A DNA stretch of 32,000 bases from Propionibacterium freudenreichii subsp. freudenreichii (GTDB lineage Bacteria; Actinomycetota; Actinomycetes; Propionibacteriales; Propionibacteriaceae), in contig NZ_CP010341.1 in NCBI RefSeq assembly GCF_000940845.1, positions 360,001-392,000 on the forward strand, given 5' to 3'. This document shows positions 18,967 through 26,202 of the stretch, in pieces (within the stretch, counting starts at the first letter, position 1; each line of letters begins with the position of its first letter). The position numbers were made by a program, and so were the translations under genes. The notes below the pieces were generated by a model. The model was not told the DNA's origin. It did no database searches and worked only from the letters and a program-made list of their open reading frames with translations.

Positions 18967-19061
18967 ACGCTCGCTTCCTTCGCCGGCATTACCCGGACAG
19001 GTTCGGCGGTCGACGCCCGGATGGCGTCCTCTCAGCCCACACACTCGGTGAGCTCCCGCGT
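18967..19061 (-). promoter_or_regulatory. TPP (THI-box) riboswitch controlling thiM-thiE-thiD-cytX
   Basis: The minus-strand RNA reads ACGCGGGAGCUCACCGAGUGUGUGGGCUGAGAGGACGCCAUCCGGGCGUCGACCGCCGAACCUGUCCGGGUAAUGCCGGCGAAGGAAGCGAGCGU. It contains the conserved CUGAGA, GAACCUG, CCGGGUAAUGCCGGCG and AGGAAG blocks. P1 pairs ACGC with GCGU. The 3' part includes the SD GAAGGAAG, 9 nt before the thiM ATG. Confidence 0.92.
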
Positions 19062-19391
19062 TTCACCGGCGAGTGTAGCCCCGGGCGCCGTCGCCCCGGG
19101 CAGTGCCGGGCAAGCAGGCGCCGGCGATGCCACGCAGGGTCTGGTGGGGGAGCCGTTCGGCCTCGTCGGCGGGCGCTCGTTGGCAATGTTTGCGGGGATG
19201 TTGAATGCCCCGGCGGCACGTGGGAGCGTTGCCCGTGGAGTTCGGCGCCAGCGCACGATCCCCACACCCACGCAGCACCCGATTGCCGCACAAGTTTTGA
19301 CGCACCAATGCAGTGAAGAGCCCGTTCGTTCCGCTGTCAATGGGGCCAGAGGAGAAGCAGTGAAGCACAACTGTCCGTCAGGGCGTCACGC

Positions 19392-20786
19392 ATGAGCACC
19401 ACAGCGGCCGATCCGGCCCCCGCCGGACTGCGCAGGAGCCTGCGAAACCGCCACATCCAGATGATCGCCCTGGGCGGGGCCATCGGCACGGGCCTGTTCT
19501 ACGGCTCCGCGGAGTCGATCGGCCAGGCCGGCCCGGCGATCCTGCTGTGCTACATCGTGGGCGGCGCCATCATCTTCCTGGTGATGCGCGCGCTCGGTGA
19601 GATGAGCGTCGACACGCCCACCTCGGGTGCCTTCAGCTTCTATGCGTACAAGAACTGGAGCCCACGCGCCGGATTCATTTCGGGGTGGAACTACTGGTTC
19701 AATTACATTGCCGTTTCCATGGCCGAACTCACCGTGGTGGGAAAGTACATCCAATTCTGGTTACCCGGCGTTCCGCAATGGGTTACCGCCGCGGTCTGCC
19801 TGGTGGCAATCACGGCGATCAACCTGATCAGCGTGAAGGCCTACGGGGAAAGCGAATTCTGGTTCGCCATCGTCAAGGTGGTGGCCATTATCGCCATGAT
19901 CGTGTTGGGCCTGGTGATCATCCTCACCGGCTTCGGCAATGGCGGCCATCCGATCGGATTCTCCAATCTGTGGAAGAACGGCGGCTTCTTCCCGATGGGC
20001 GTCACCGGAATGCTCATGGGCCTGGTGGTGGTGATGTTCAGCTTCGGCGGCGTCGAACTGATCGGCATCGCGGCCGGCGAGACCGACGACCCCAAGAAGA
20101 CCATCCCCAAGGCCATCACGCAGGTGGTCTACCGCATCCTCATCTTCTACGTGGGTGCGGTGTTCGTGATGCTGTGCCTGTTCCCGTGGAACGAGCTGGG
20201 CACCTCCGAGAGCCCCTTCGTGGTGATCTTCCACAAGATCGGCATCGGCTCGGCGGCGACGATCCTCAACATCGTGGTGCTCACCGCCGCGATCTCGGCC
20301 TACAACTCGGGCCTGTACTCCAACGGACGCATGCTCTACAGCCTGGCCAGGCAGCGCAACGCCCCTGCCGTGCTGGGCAGGGTGAACCGCTTCGGCTCGC
20401 CCTATGTGGGCGTGCTGGTGTCGTCGTGCGTCACCGCCATTGCGGTGGTGCTCACCTATCTGTTCCCCGACACGGTATTCCTCTATGCGATTTCGATCGC
20501 CCTGATTGCCGGCATCATCAATTGGACGATGATCGTGATCACCGACATCAAGTTCCGTAAGCGCATCGGGCCCGAGGGCGTGCGGAAACTCGCCTTCAGG
20601 ATGCCCGGCCATCCAGTTACCAGCTATGTGGTGATCGCCTTCCTGGCCATGGTGGTGGTGTTCATGGGATTCATGCCAAATTACCGTATTTCGTTGATTG
20701 TCGGGGCCGTCTGGCTGGCCGTGTTGTGGTTCTTCGACTGGTTGCTCACCCGGCGCCACGGGGTGCGCCATATTTCCGCCGAATGA
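19392..20786 (+). CDS. APC-superfamily amino acid permease (AAT family, AroP/PheP-like)
   Basis: 464 aa with 12 predicted TM segments. The conserved N-terminal block is NRHIQMIALGGAIGTGLFYGSA. The stretch MAELTVVGKYIQFWLPGVPQWV...AINLISVKAYGESEFWFA resembles E. coli AroP as I recall it. Substrate is not determinable from sequence. Confidence 0.85.
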   Translation: MSTTAADPAPAGLRRSLRNRHIQMIALGGAIGTGLFYGSAESIGQAGPAILLCYIVGGAIIFLVMRALGEMSVDTPTSGAFSFYAYKNWSPRAGFISGWNYWFNYIAVSMAELTVVGKYIQFWLPGVPQWVTAAVCLVAITAINLISVKAYGESEFWFAIVKVVAIIAMIVLGLVIILTGFGNGGHPIGFSNLWKNGGFFPMGVTGMLMGLVVVMFSFGGVELIGIAAGETDDPKKTIPKAITQVVYRILIFYVGAVFVMLCLFPWNELGTSESPFVVIFHKIGIGSAATILNIVVLTAAISAYNSGLYSNGRMLYSLARQRNAPAVLGRVNRFGSPYVGVLVSSCVTAIAVVLTYLFPDTVFLYAISIALIAGIINWTMIVITDIKFRKRIGPEGVRKLAFRMPGHPVTSYVVIAFLAMVVVFMGFMPNYRISLIVGAVWLAVLWFFDWLLTRRHGVRHISAE

Positions 20787-20807
20787 TCGCGCGGGACGCC
20801 GGGCGGC

Positions 20808-20834
20808 GCGGGTGGCACAGAGCGGGTGGCACAG
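20808..20834. repeat. Tandem 13-bp direct repeat GCGGGTGGCACAG x2 upstream of the CDF exporter gene
   Basis: Copies lie at 20808-20820 and 20822-20834, about 70 bp upstream of the GTG start at 20903. Confidence 0.7.
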
Positions 20835-20902
20835 TGGATACGACAAGGGATCACAACGAGAACGGCGTCGCAGCGCGTCCGCGGCGTAGCAAGGAGTGAG
20901 GC

Positions 20903-21853
20903 GTGGCGGATCACGCGAAGGTGTCCGATGGTGCCGATGAGCAGCACAGCCATTCCCATGGGGTGAGTGCCAACGCAGATCGTCGCTACCTGTGGGGTGC
21001 CCTCATCGCGCTGGCCCTGTTCATGCTCGGCGAGGTGGTGGTGGCCTTCATCACCGGTTCGCTGGCGCTGCTGTCCGACGCGGGTCACATGCTGTCCGAC
21101 GTGGCGTCGATCGGCGTGGCGCTGTGGGCGATGACGCTCGCGGCGCGCCCGGCGCGGGGACGGTGGACCTATGGCTTCAAGCGGGCCGAGATCCTGGCGG
21201 CGCTCGCCAACGGCGTCACCCTGTTGGTGTTGGGACTCGTGCTGGCCGTGGAGGCCGTGCGGCGCCTGATCACCCCGCCGCAGGTACATGCCCCGCCGGT
21301 GATCGTGGTGGCGCTGGTGGGCATTGCGGTGAACTTCCTGGCCACCTGGCTGCTGGCCAGGGCCAACCGCACGAGCCTGAACGTACGCGGCGCCTATCAG
21401 CACATCCTCACCGACCTGTTCGGCTTCATCGGCACGCTGGTGGCTGGTCTGGTGATCCTGTTCACCGGGTGGACGCGCGCCGATGCACTCGCCTCGCTGG
21501 TGGTGGTGGCGCTCATGCTGCGGGCCGGCTGGCCGCTGGTGAAGGAGTCGGGCAGCATTCTGCTCGAGGCGGCGCCACCCGACATCGACCTCGACGAGGT
21601 ACGCAAGCACTTGATGGACCTCGACCACGTGATCGATGTGCACGACCTGCACGTGTGGACGCTCACCGATGGCCTGCCCGCCGTGTCGGCCCATGTGGTC
21701 ACCCGCGACGACTGCTTCATCGACGGTGACATGCCCGAATTGCTCGACGAACTGCAGGACTGCCTGCGCACGCACTTCGGCATCGAGCACTCGACCTTCC
21801 AGCTCGAGCCCGGGGCGCATGCCCAGCACGAGCCGGGTATGCATCACCACTAG
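20903..21853 (+). CDS. Cation diffusion facilitator family metal efflux transporter (CzcD/ZitB-like)
   Basis: GTG start with AAGGAG 6 nt upstream. A His-rich N-terminus (EQHSHSHG) is followed by CDF TM2 and TM5 metal-site motifs (LLSDAGHMLSD; HILTDLFG) and a C-terminal cytoplasmic domain (VHDLHVWTL). Confidence 0.88.
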   Translation: MADHAKVSDGADEQHSHSHGVSANADRRYLWGALIALALFMLGEVVVAFITGSLALLSDAGHMLSDVASIGVALWAMTLAARPARGRWTYGFKRAEILAALANGVTLLVLGLVLAVEAVRRLITPPQVHAPPVIVVALVGIAVNFLATWLLARANRTSLNVRGAYQHILTDLFGFIGTLVAGLVILFTGWTRADALASLVVVALMLRAGWPLVKESGSILLEAAPPDIDLDEVRKHLMDLDHVIDVHDLHVWTLTDGLPAVSAHVVTRDDCFIDGDMPELLDELQDCLRTHFGIEHSTFQLEPGAHAQHEPGMHHH

Positions 21854-21927
21854 TCGGGGGCGCCCCTGCCGGGTCGGTTCCGGCCGCACGGTGATCGTCG
21901 GCCGGCCCCGACGGCGGAATCGGGCCT

Positions 21928-21973
21928 TAAGTGGATGGTTTCGATGCGTCTAATCACCACAACCATCCACTTA
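21928..21973. repeat. 13-bp perfect inverted repeat TAAGTGGATGGTT / AACCATCCACTTA with a 20-nt spacer
   Basis: The arms lie at 21928-21940 and 21961-21973, 75 bp downstream of the CDF gene stop, where the conserved-looking genes end. The TCCACTTA core recurs at 22060-22067, and a CCACTT/AAGTGG mini-palindrome lies at 22061-22079. Confidence 0.8.
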
Positions 21974-22333
21974 GTGACGAACCGACCCGATAGGACGACG
22001 CCCGCACCCCAAAACCCCGCTCAGTGGGCACTTATGCGGTGTCATGTGCCGCACAGGTGTCCACTTAGGGGACAAGTGGCCGCCAATCCGACGACAGATG
22101 GGGAGGACCTGCCCGCCGACGTCGGTCCGATGTCGTCAGGCCTCGGGGATGTCGCGGCCGAATGCCTCGAGTGTGACTGATGCCGGGTCGGGTCCGCCGC
22201 GCACGCCGGTGTTGAGGGCGTCAATGCAGCTCGGACCACCGGCGATGGGGCCTGTGGGTTCCGGGGCGTAATCGGCATCGGACTGGCCGACGTGCGACAA
22301 TCGACGGAACTTCCGCCCACGTGAGGATCTCCT

Positions 22334-22888
22334 GTGCTGAATGACCCCATTGCCTACGCCGACCAGCTGTTGGCGGCATCCGTCGTCGACCCCGACGGCA
22401 CGCTCAACCTGCCGGTTGACCTCGAGAAGGTGGCCGGCCCCCTGGGTATCGAGGTGTTCGCCCGCGAGGACCTGACCGCCGACCAGTCGCCGCAGATCGG
22501 CGTGGCCGATAACAATCCGAATGCCGTGGCCATCTTCGTGTCGGCCCACGAGCCCCATCGCGATCAGACGCCCAAGATCGGTGGGGCGCTGGCCGCCCTG
22601 CTGCTGATGCCCGACGATCAGACGAAGACGATCGAGCAGCGCCTGTCGTTGCCGGTCAGCGACGAGCAGATCGCCTGGAGTCGCGCCTTCATCGGTGAGC
22701 TGCTGGTGCCGGCCGGGACTCTGCTCGACCAGTGGAACGCGACCTTCCCCGAGATGGACACCCCGGCCGATGCCGTGCACGCCGTGGCCGTGTCGTACGC
22801 GGTTTCGGACGCCTTCATGGCCGACCGCCTCACGACGCTGGGCCTGTTGCGCCCGCCGGCGCCTGCATCGGATGACGATCAGGCCTGA
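22334..22888 (+). CDS. ImmA/IrrE (COG2856)-like protein with degenerate metallopeptidase motif
   Basis: 184 aa with a GTG start preceded by GAGGA. Family-like blocks are PVDLEKVAGPLGIEV, EQIAWSRAFIGELLVPAGTL and VSYAVSDAFMADRLTTLGLL. At the position where the family has HExxH, the sequence is GGALAALLL. Confidence 0.6.
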   Translation: MLNDPIAYADQLLAASVVDPDGTLNLPVDLEKVAGPLGIEVFAREDLTADQSPQIGVADNNPNAVAIFVSAHEPHRDQTPKIGGALAALLLMPDDQTKTIEQRLSLPVSDEQIAWSRAFIGELLVPAGTLLDQWNATFPEMDTPADAVHAVAVSYAVSDAFMADRLTTLGLLRPPAPASDDDQA

Positions 22889-23341
22889 CTCAATGACGCA
22901 TGCCGGCTCGCCAGGGGTTGGACCCCCGGGAGGCTGCGCAGCGGGATGGGGCCCGGGGGATCCTTCGGCAGGCCGCCCAAACGGCACGCAGGAGAACTTG
23001 CCCACCCCCGGTCCCGCAGCCTGATTGCTGAATCCATTACGAGGATCGTGGTGAGTCCGGGAACAGGGCTCGCGGTATACGGAGATATCGGTCGGCCTGC
23101 CCGCGGGAAAGGTTTTGCCACCCGACGTGCGGATAATCCACTGATATGTGGGTGCGTGGCGTTGCCCCGGCCTGTTCTTGAGTGCATGCTGACAAGGGGA
23201 ATGGCGGTGTGTAGGTGGCCCGTCCCGGGGGGCGGAATGACCTTCGTCCGGCGTGCCGGCGCCCGCCCACGAGTGCACTGTGCGCACCCTGAGAGTCCCC
23301 TCAGTGTTCTGCGCCGTGGCGCCCTATTCACGCGGATAATG

Positions 23342-24632
23342 GGCTCTTCACGAACGAGGGTGTAGCGCGGGTCTGAATCCGCCGGCTTCGAGCAGCGACC
23401 GAGCGATGTAGTGGCTGAGGTTGCGGAAGCCGAGGGCCGTGCCGCGGAGGTGTTCGAGTCGGCCGTTGATCGCTTCGGTGGGGCCGTTGCTGGTGCCGGG
23501 GCGGTCGAAGTAGCCGAGCACGTCCGAAGCGCGCTGTGTGAGGGTGCGGGCGAGTTTGCGGATCTCGACGAGCTGCTCCGGGACGCTGGCGCTGATCTTG
23601 TCGATCGTGTGCGCGAGGAAGAATCTGCCCAGGCCGCGGTCCTTGTCCCGGTAGGCGGTGATCATGTCTTGGTAGATGCCCCACGTCGCTTCGACCTCGA
23701 CGTGCCTGTCGTCGGCGAACAGGGCATCTAGCCGCGCCTGCTGCTTGTCGGTGAGCAGACCGGCACCGGTGAGCAGGGTCCGTCTGGCCTGGTAGGGCGG
23801 ATCGCCCTTCATGCCCCGCCGGCCGAAGACGTCGTGCTGTACCCGGCGTCGGCAGTTCTCCAGCGCGTCACCGGCGAGCCGGATCACGTGGAACGGATCC
23901 ATGACCGGGGCCGCGTCGGGCAGTTCTTCGGCGGCGGCGGTCTTGAACCCGGTGAATCCGTCCATGGCGACCACCTCCACACGTGCTCATCGACCCCGAC
24001 GACCTTCACCCCCTCGAAGCGGTGCTCCTCGTCGATCAGCACCCGCTTGCCCTCGGCCAGAACGGCGTCGTTGGCGGTGTCCCAGGCCACCGCGAGCCCC
24101 TCGGCGACCCGAGCCACGCTCAGGTGCTGGACCACGATCCCTTCCAGCGCCCACCGCAGAGCGCGCCGAGACAACTTGGCCCGGGGCTCGGCCGCGGCGG
24201 TGGTGTCCTGGCACCACACATACCCGCAGCCGCTGCAGCGGTAACGGCGCACGACGACCTCCAGCGTCGTGGGCCGCCAGCCCAGTGGTTCGTGGGCAAG
24301 CCGTCGGACCACGGTGTCACGTGGTCTCCCTTCGCAGCCGCAGCGCCGGCACCACTGGTCGGGCTCGACCACCTGGCAGGCCAATACGGCACGATCCGGC
24401 TCGAGTCGCTGCCCGGTGACAACGAGGCCGAGTTCGTCGAGGCGGCAGAAGGCAGTCAGGTCGGGGCTGGCGAACGCATCAGCGCGCCCGCCGACGGTAG
24501 CGTCGTGCACGTCGAGGTCTTGCGGGCTGAGTGTGTAGGAGCTCTCATCCTCGGGAGACCTCGACCTCTATCCGGCCACCGACGCGCCGGCCCGCCGCGC
24601 GACGTGCGCTACACCCTCATCTGGGAAGAGCC
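23342..24632 (-). mobile_element. ISL3-family insertion sequence remnant (internally deleted)
   Basis: The terminal inverted repeats are GGCTCTTCACGAACGAGGGTGTAG (23342-23365) and the reverse complement of 24609-24632 (GGCTCTTCCCAGATGAGGGTGTAG), 20/24 identical. They enclose the two transposase fragments. I saw no matching 8-bp flanking duplication (GGATAATG vs AGTTAACC). Confidence 0.85.
23348..24510 (-). pseudogene. ISL3 family transposase, frameshifted with an internal deletion
   Basis: The N-terminal fragment (23884..24510) has a zinc-finger/HTH region (WCRRCGCEG...RYRCSGCGYVW...VVGVDEHVWR). The C-terminal fragment (23348..23980) begins (V)EVVAMDGFTGFKTA and ends ...TSNGPTEAINGRLEHLRGTALGFRN. 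The two frames switch within ...GAGCACGTGTGGAGGTGGTCGCC.... The combined length is about 385 aa, shorter than typical ISL3 transposases. Confidence 0.85.
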
Positions 24633-24705
24633 AGTTAACCAGTTCAAAGTTATTTCCTGTCACTTGTATTTTTGGGAATCGCTGATTTCCCTCAGTGCTT
24701 CCCCT

Positions 24706-24741
24706 GACTGCACGTCGGACTTAATCGTCCGAAGTGCAGTC
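24706..24741. repeat. Strong hairpin-forming inverted repeat (15-bp stem, 1 mismatch, 6-nt loop)
   Basis: GACTGCACGTCGGAC (24706-24720), loop TTAATC, GTCCGAAGTGCAGTC (24727-24741). No U-tract follows on either strand. Confidence 0.8.
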
Positions 24742-25176
24742 ACATAATAGCGTGTGCCGTCGACAGTTCATGGTCTCTACCCACCGCGCCCACCCCAAGA
24801 TCTGGAGTTCGGCATCGTCCCGTTATGGCTACATATCGTGCTGTGGGAGGCCCGCAGCTCGGCTGACGCCAGCCGCCGGCACTGATTCTCACGAGTGATA
24901 TGGGTCTCGTTTTGGCCGATTGGTGAATGTCATCCCTGATCTCTAGAGGAATCGTCACGGCTGTACTTGGCAAATGGATCGGTCGCGATCATGCTGCCGC
25001 CCTGACCGGCTCCTTCGTCGCTGTTGGAGCTGCTCTCGGCACCTGTATCCTGCTGGAGCGGGTCCTTCCGATGATGGTCAGGGAAACAAGAACCGTGCAG
25101 GGGATCGACATCTGGGGAACTGTCAACCGTTCGGTTTTCTCGTCGATGACTGCATTCCAGAGGGGACACTGGTGGC

Positions 25177-25470
25177 ATGTCAGAGGACGACCGAGCTTCG
25201 GTGACACCAATCGATGCGGTCCGTCGACGTCGTCGCCGACGGGCCGGCGGATCTGCCGGGGACGCGCTGGAGCGGATTCTCAATGCCGGCATCGACCTGG
25301 CGCACGCCGAGCGGGCCGGATATCCGCTGGATGAGGCTGAGCTGATGGCCCTGGACCGCTGCGATGAGATCGGGGGAGTCCGGGGCATCGTGGCCGCCGA
25401 GTACGGCGACCCATATCCCCGGGATCCCCAGGCGCCTACCGATCCCGGAGATCCCCGCTGGGACTTCTGA
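25177..25470 (+). CDS. Hypothetical protein (97 aa), no recognisable family
   Basis: ATG preceded by GAGGGGA about 10 nt upstream, with a G/C-biased third codon position. It has an Arg-run (RRRRRR) near the N-terminus and an acidic C-terminal half. I found no motif match. Confidence 0.4.
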   Translation: MSEDDRASVTPIDAVRRRRRRRAGGSAGDALERILNAGIDLAHAERAGYPLDEAELMALDRCDEIGGVRGIVAAEYGDPYPRDPQAPTDPGDPRWDF

Positions 25471-25473
25471 GGC

Positions 25474-25779
25474 TCAGGACTTGGCGAGCTCGTTGCGCAG
25501 CACGTCTCGGATGACCGCCGAGACGCTCTTGTGCTCGCGGCGGGCCCGGGCGACCAGCGCGGCGTCGGTCTGCTCGTCGAGTCGGGTGGCACGTTTACGG
25601 GACTGACCGGAACCGGTGGCGTGGTCGGCCCCCACATTGGGTCTGCCGCGCAGGAACTGGCGGCCGGCCTGGCGTGCCTGGGCCCCGGTCAGCATGGGGG
25701 CCGAGTCGTCGGTCAACGGGGCCTGCGACTCGGCCCAGTCGGCCATCTGGTCCCAGTCAGGGGTGGTGGGCTTGGTCAT
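25474..25779 (-). CDS. Ribbon-helix-helix (CopG-like) antitoxin, BrnA-like
   Basis: 101 aa. The C-terminal RHH is KRATRLDEQTDAALVARARREHKSVSAVIRDVLRNELAK. It has a 4-nt overlap with the upstream small gene (25776-25779). Confidence 0.65.
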   Translation of the reverse strand: MTKPTTPDWDQMADWAESQAPLTDDSAPMLTGAQARQAGRQFLRGRPNVGADHATGSGQSRKRATRLDEQTDAALVARARREHKSVSAVIRDVLRNELAKS

Positions 25780-26057
25780 CTGTGTGCTCCTTTCCGGGGG
25801 GTTCGGATCTGGTCGAGGAACTGTGGGCGGGCTTTCATGGCGTGGAAGATGATCAGGTCGTCGTCGGTGTGGACGGCCATCACCTCGATGATCCGTCCGG
25901 TGGTGTCGGGTCCCACGAACAGTGAGGGATCGGGCATGTCGGGCAGTCGAGAACGTTGGAAACTGGGTTTGGCGAGCAGGGCGTGCTCAATCGCCCAGAT
26001 GGCGTCCTGCTCACTGACTCCGTGCCGGCCAGCACTGTGGGTGAACGTCACTGACAA
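25776..26057 (-). CDS. Small toxin of a toxin-first type II TA pair (BrnT/DUF497-like; family assignment tentative)
   Basis: 93 aa. GRHGVSEQDAIWAI near the N-terminus and GRIIEVMAVHTDDDLIIFHAMKARPQF near the C-terminus fit the BrnT-type layout loosely. The gene order is toxin then RHH antitoxin. The start is TTG 26057 or GTG 26051. Confidence 0.5.
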   Translation of the reverse strand: MSVTFTHSAGRHGVSEQDAIWAIEHALLAKPSFQRSRLPDMPDPSLFVGPDTTGRIIEVMAVHTDDDLIIFHAMKARPQFLDQIRTPRKGAHR

Positions 26058-26202
26058 TATTGTACCCCAATAATGTTCGCGTGAGGTGCCCGGTGGCTGT
26101 TCTGGGCACTGCCGGGTGGGGAGACGGATGGTTCGGCCCTGGGCCTGTGGCGGGTGTGAGGTCGATACGCTGTGGCCCAGTCGGGGCGGAAGGGAAACGC
26201 TG

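Noticed and set aside
19079-19391. Riboswitch or leader upstream of the amino-acid permease (repeated GCAGTGAAG at 19310 and 19357)
   Set aside because: There is no match to glycine, lysine or T-box conserved cores that I could recognise. The 9-mer repeat alone is insufficient.
22136-22300. Possible 54-codon minus-strand gene (TTG start; ...GQSDADYAPEPTGPIAGGPSCIDALNTGVRGGPDPASVTLEAFGRDIPEA*) divergent from the ImmA-like gene, considered as the missing partner
   Set aside because: It is the tail of the long antisense ORF 22136..23287. It has no HTH or other motif and only a weak RBS. GC3 bias alone is not enough evidence in this genome.
21854-22333. tRNA or tmRNA gene as the island integration target
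   Set aside because: There is no T-arm-like GGTTCRANYC box and no cloverleaf-compatible pairing on either strand. The only notable structure is the 13-bp inverted repeat reported separately.
24927-25334. 135-aa plus-strand ORF taken at face value as a gene
   Set aside because: Only the first ~84 codons look protein-like. The rest is Arg-rich and overlaps the better-supported ORF at 25177 in another frame. I kept it as a possible truncated or frameshifted small membrane protein in the findings, not as a feature.
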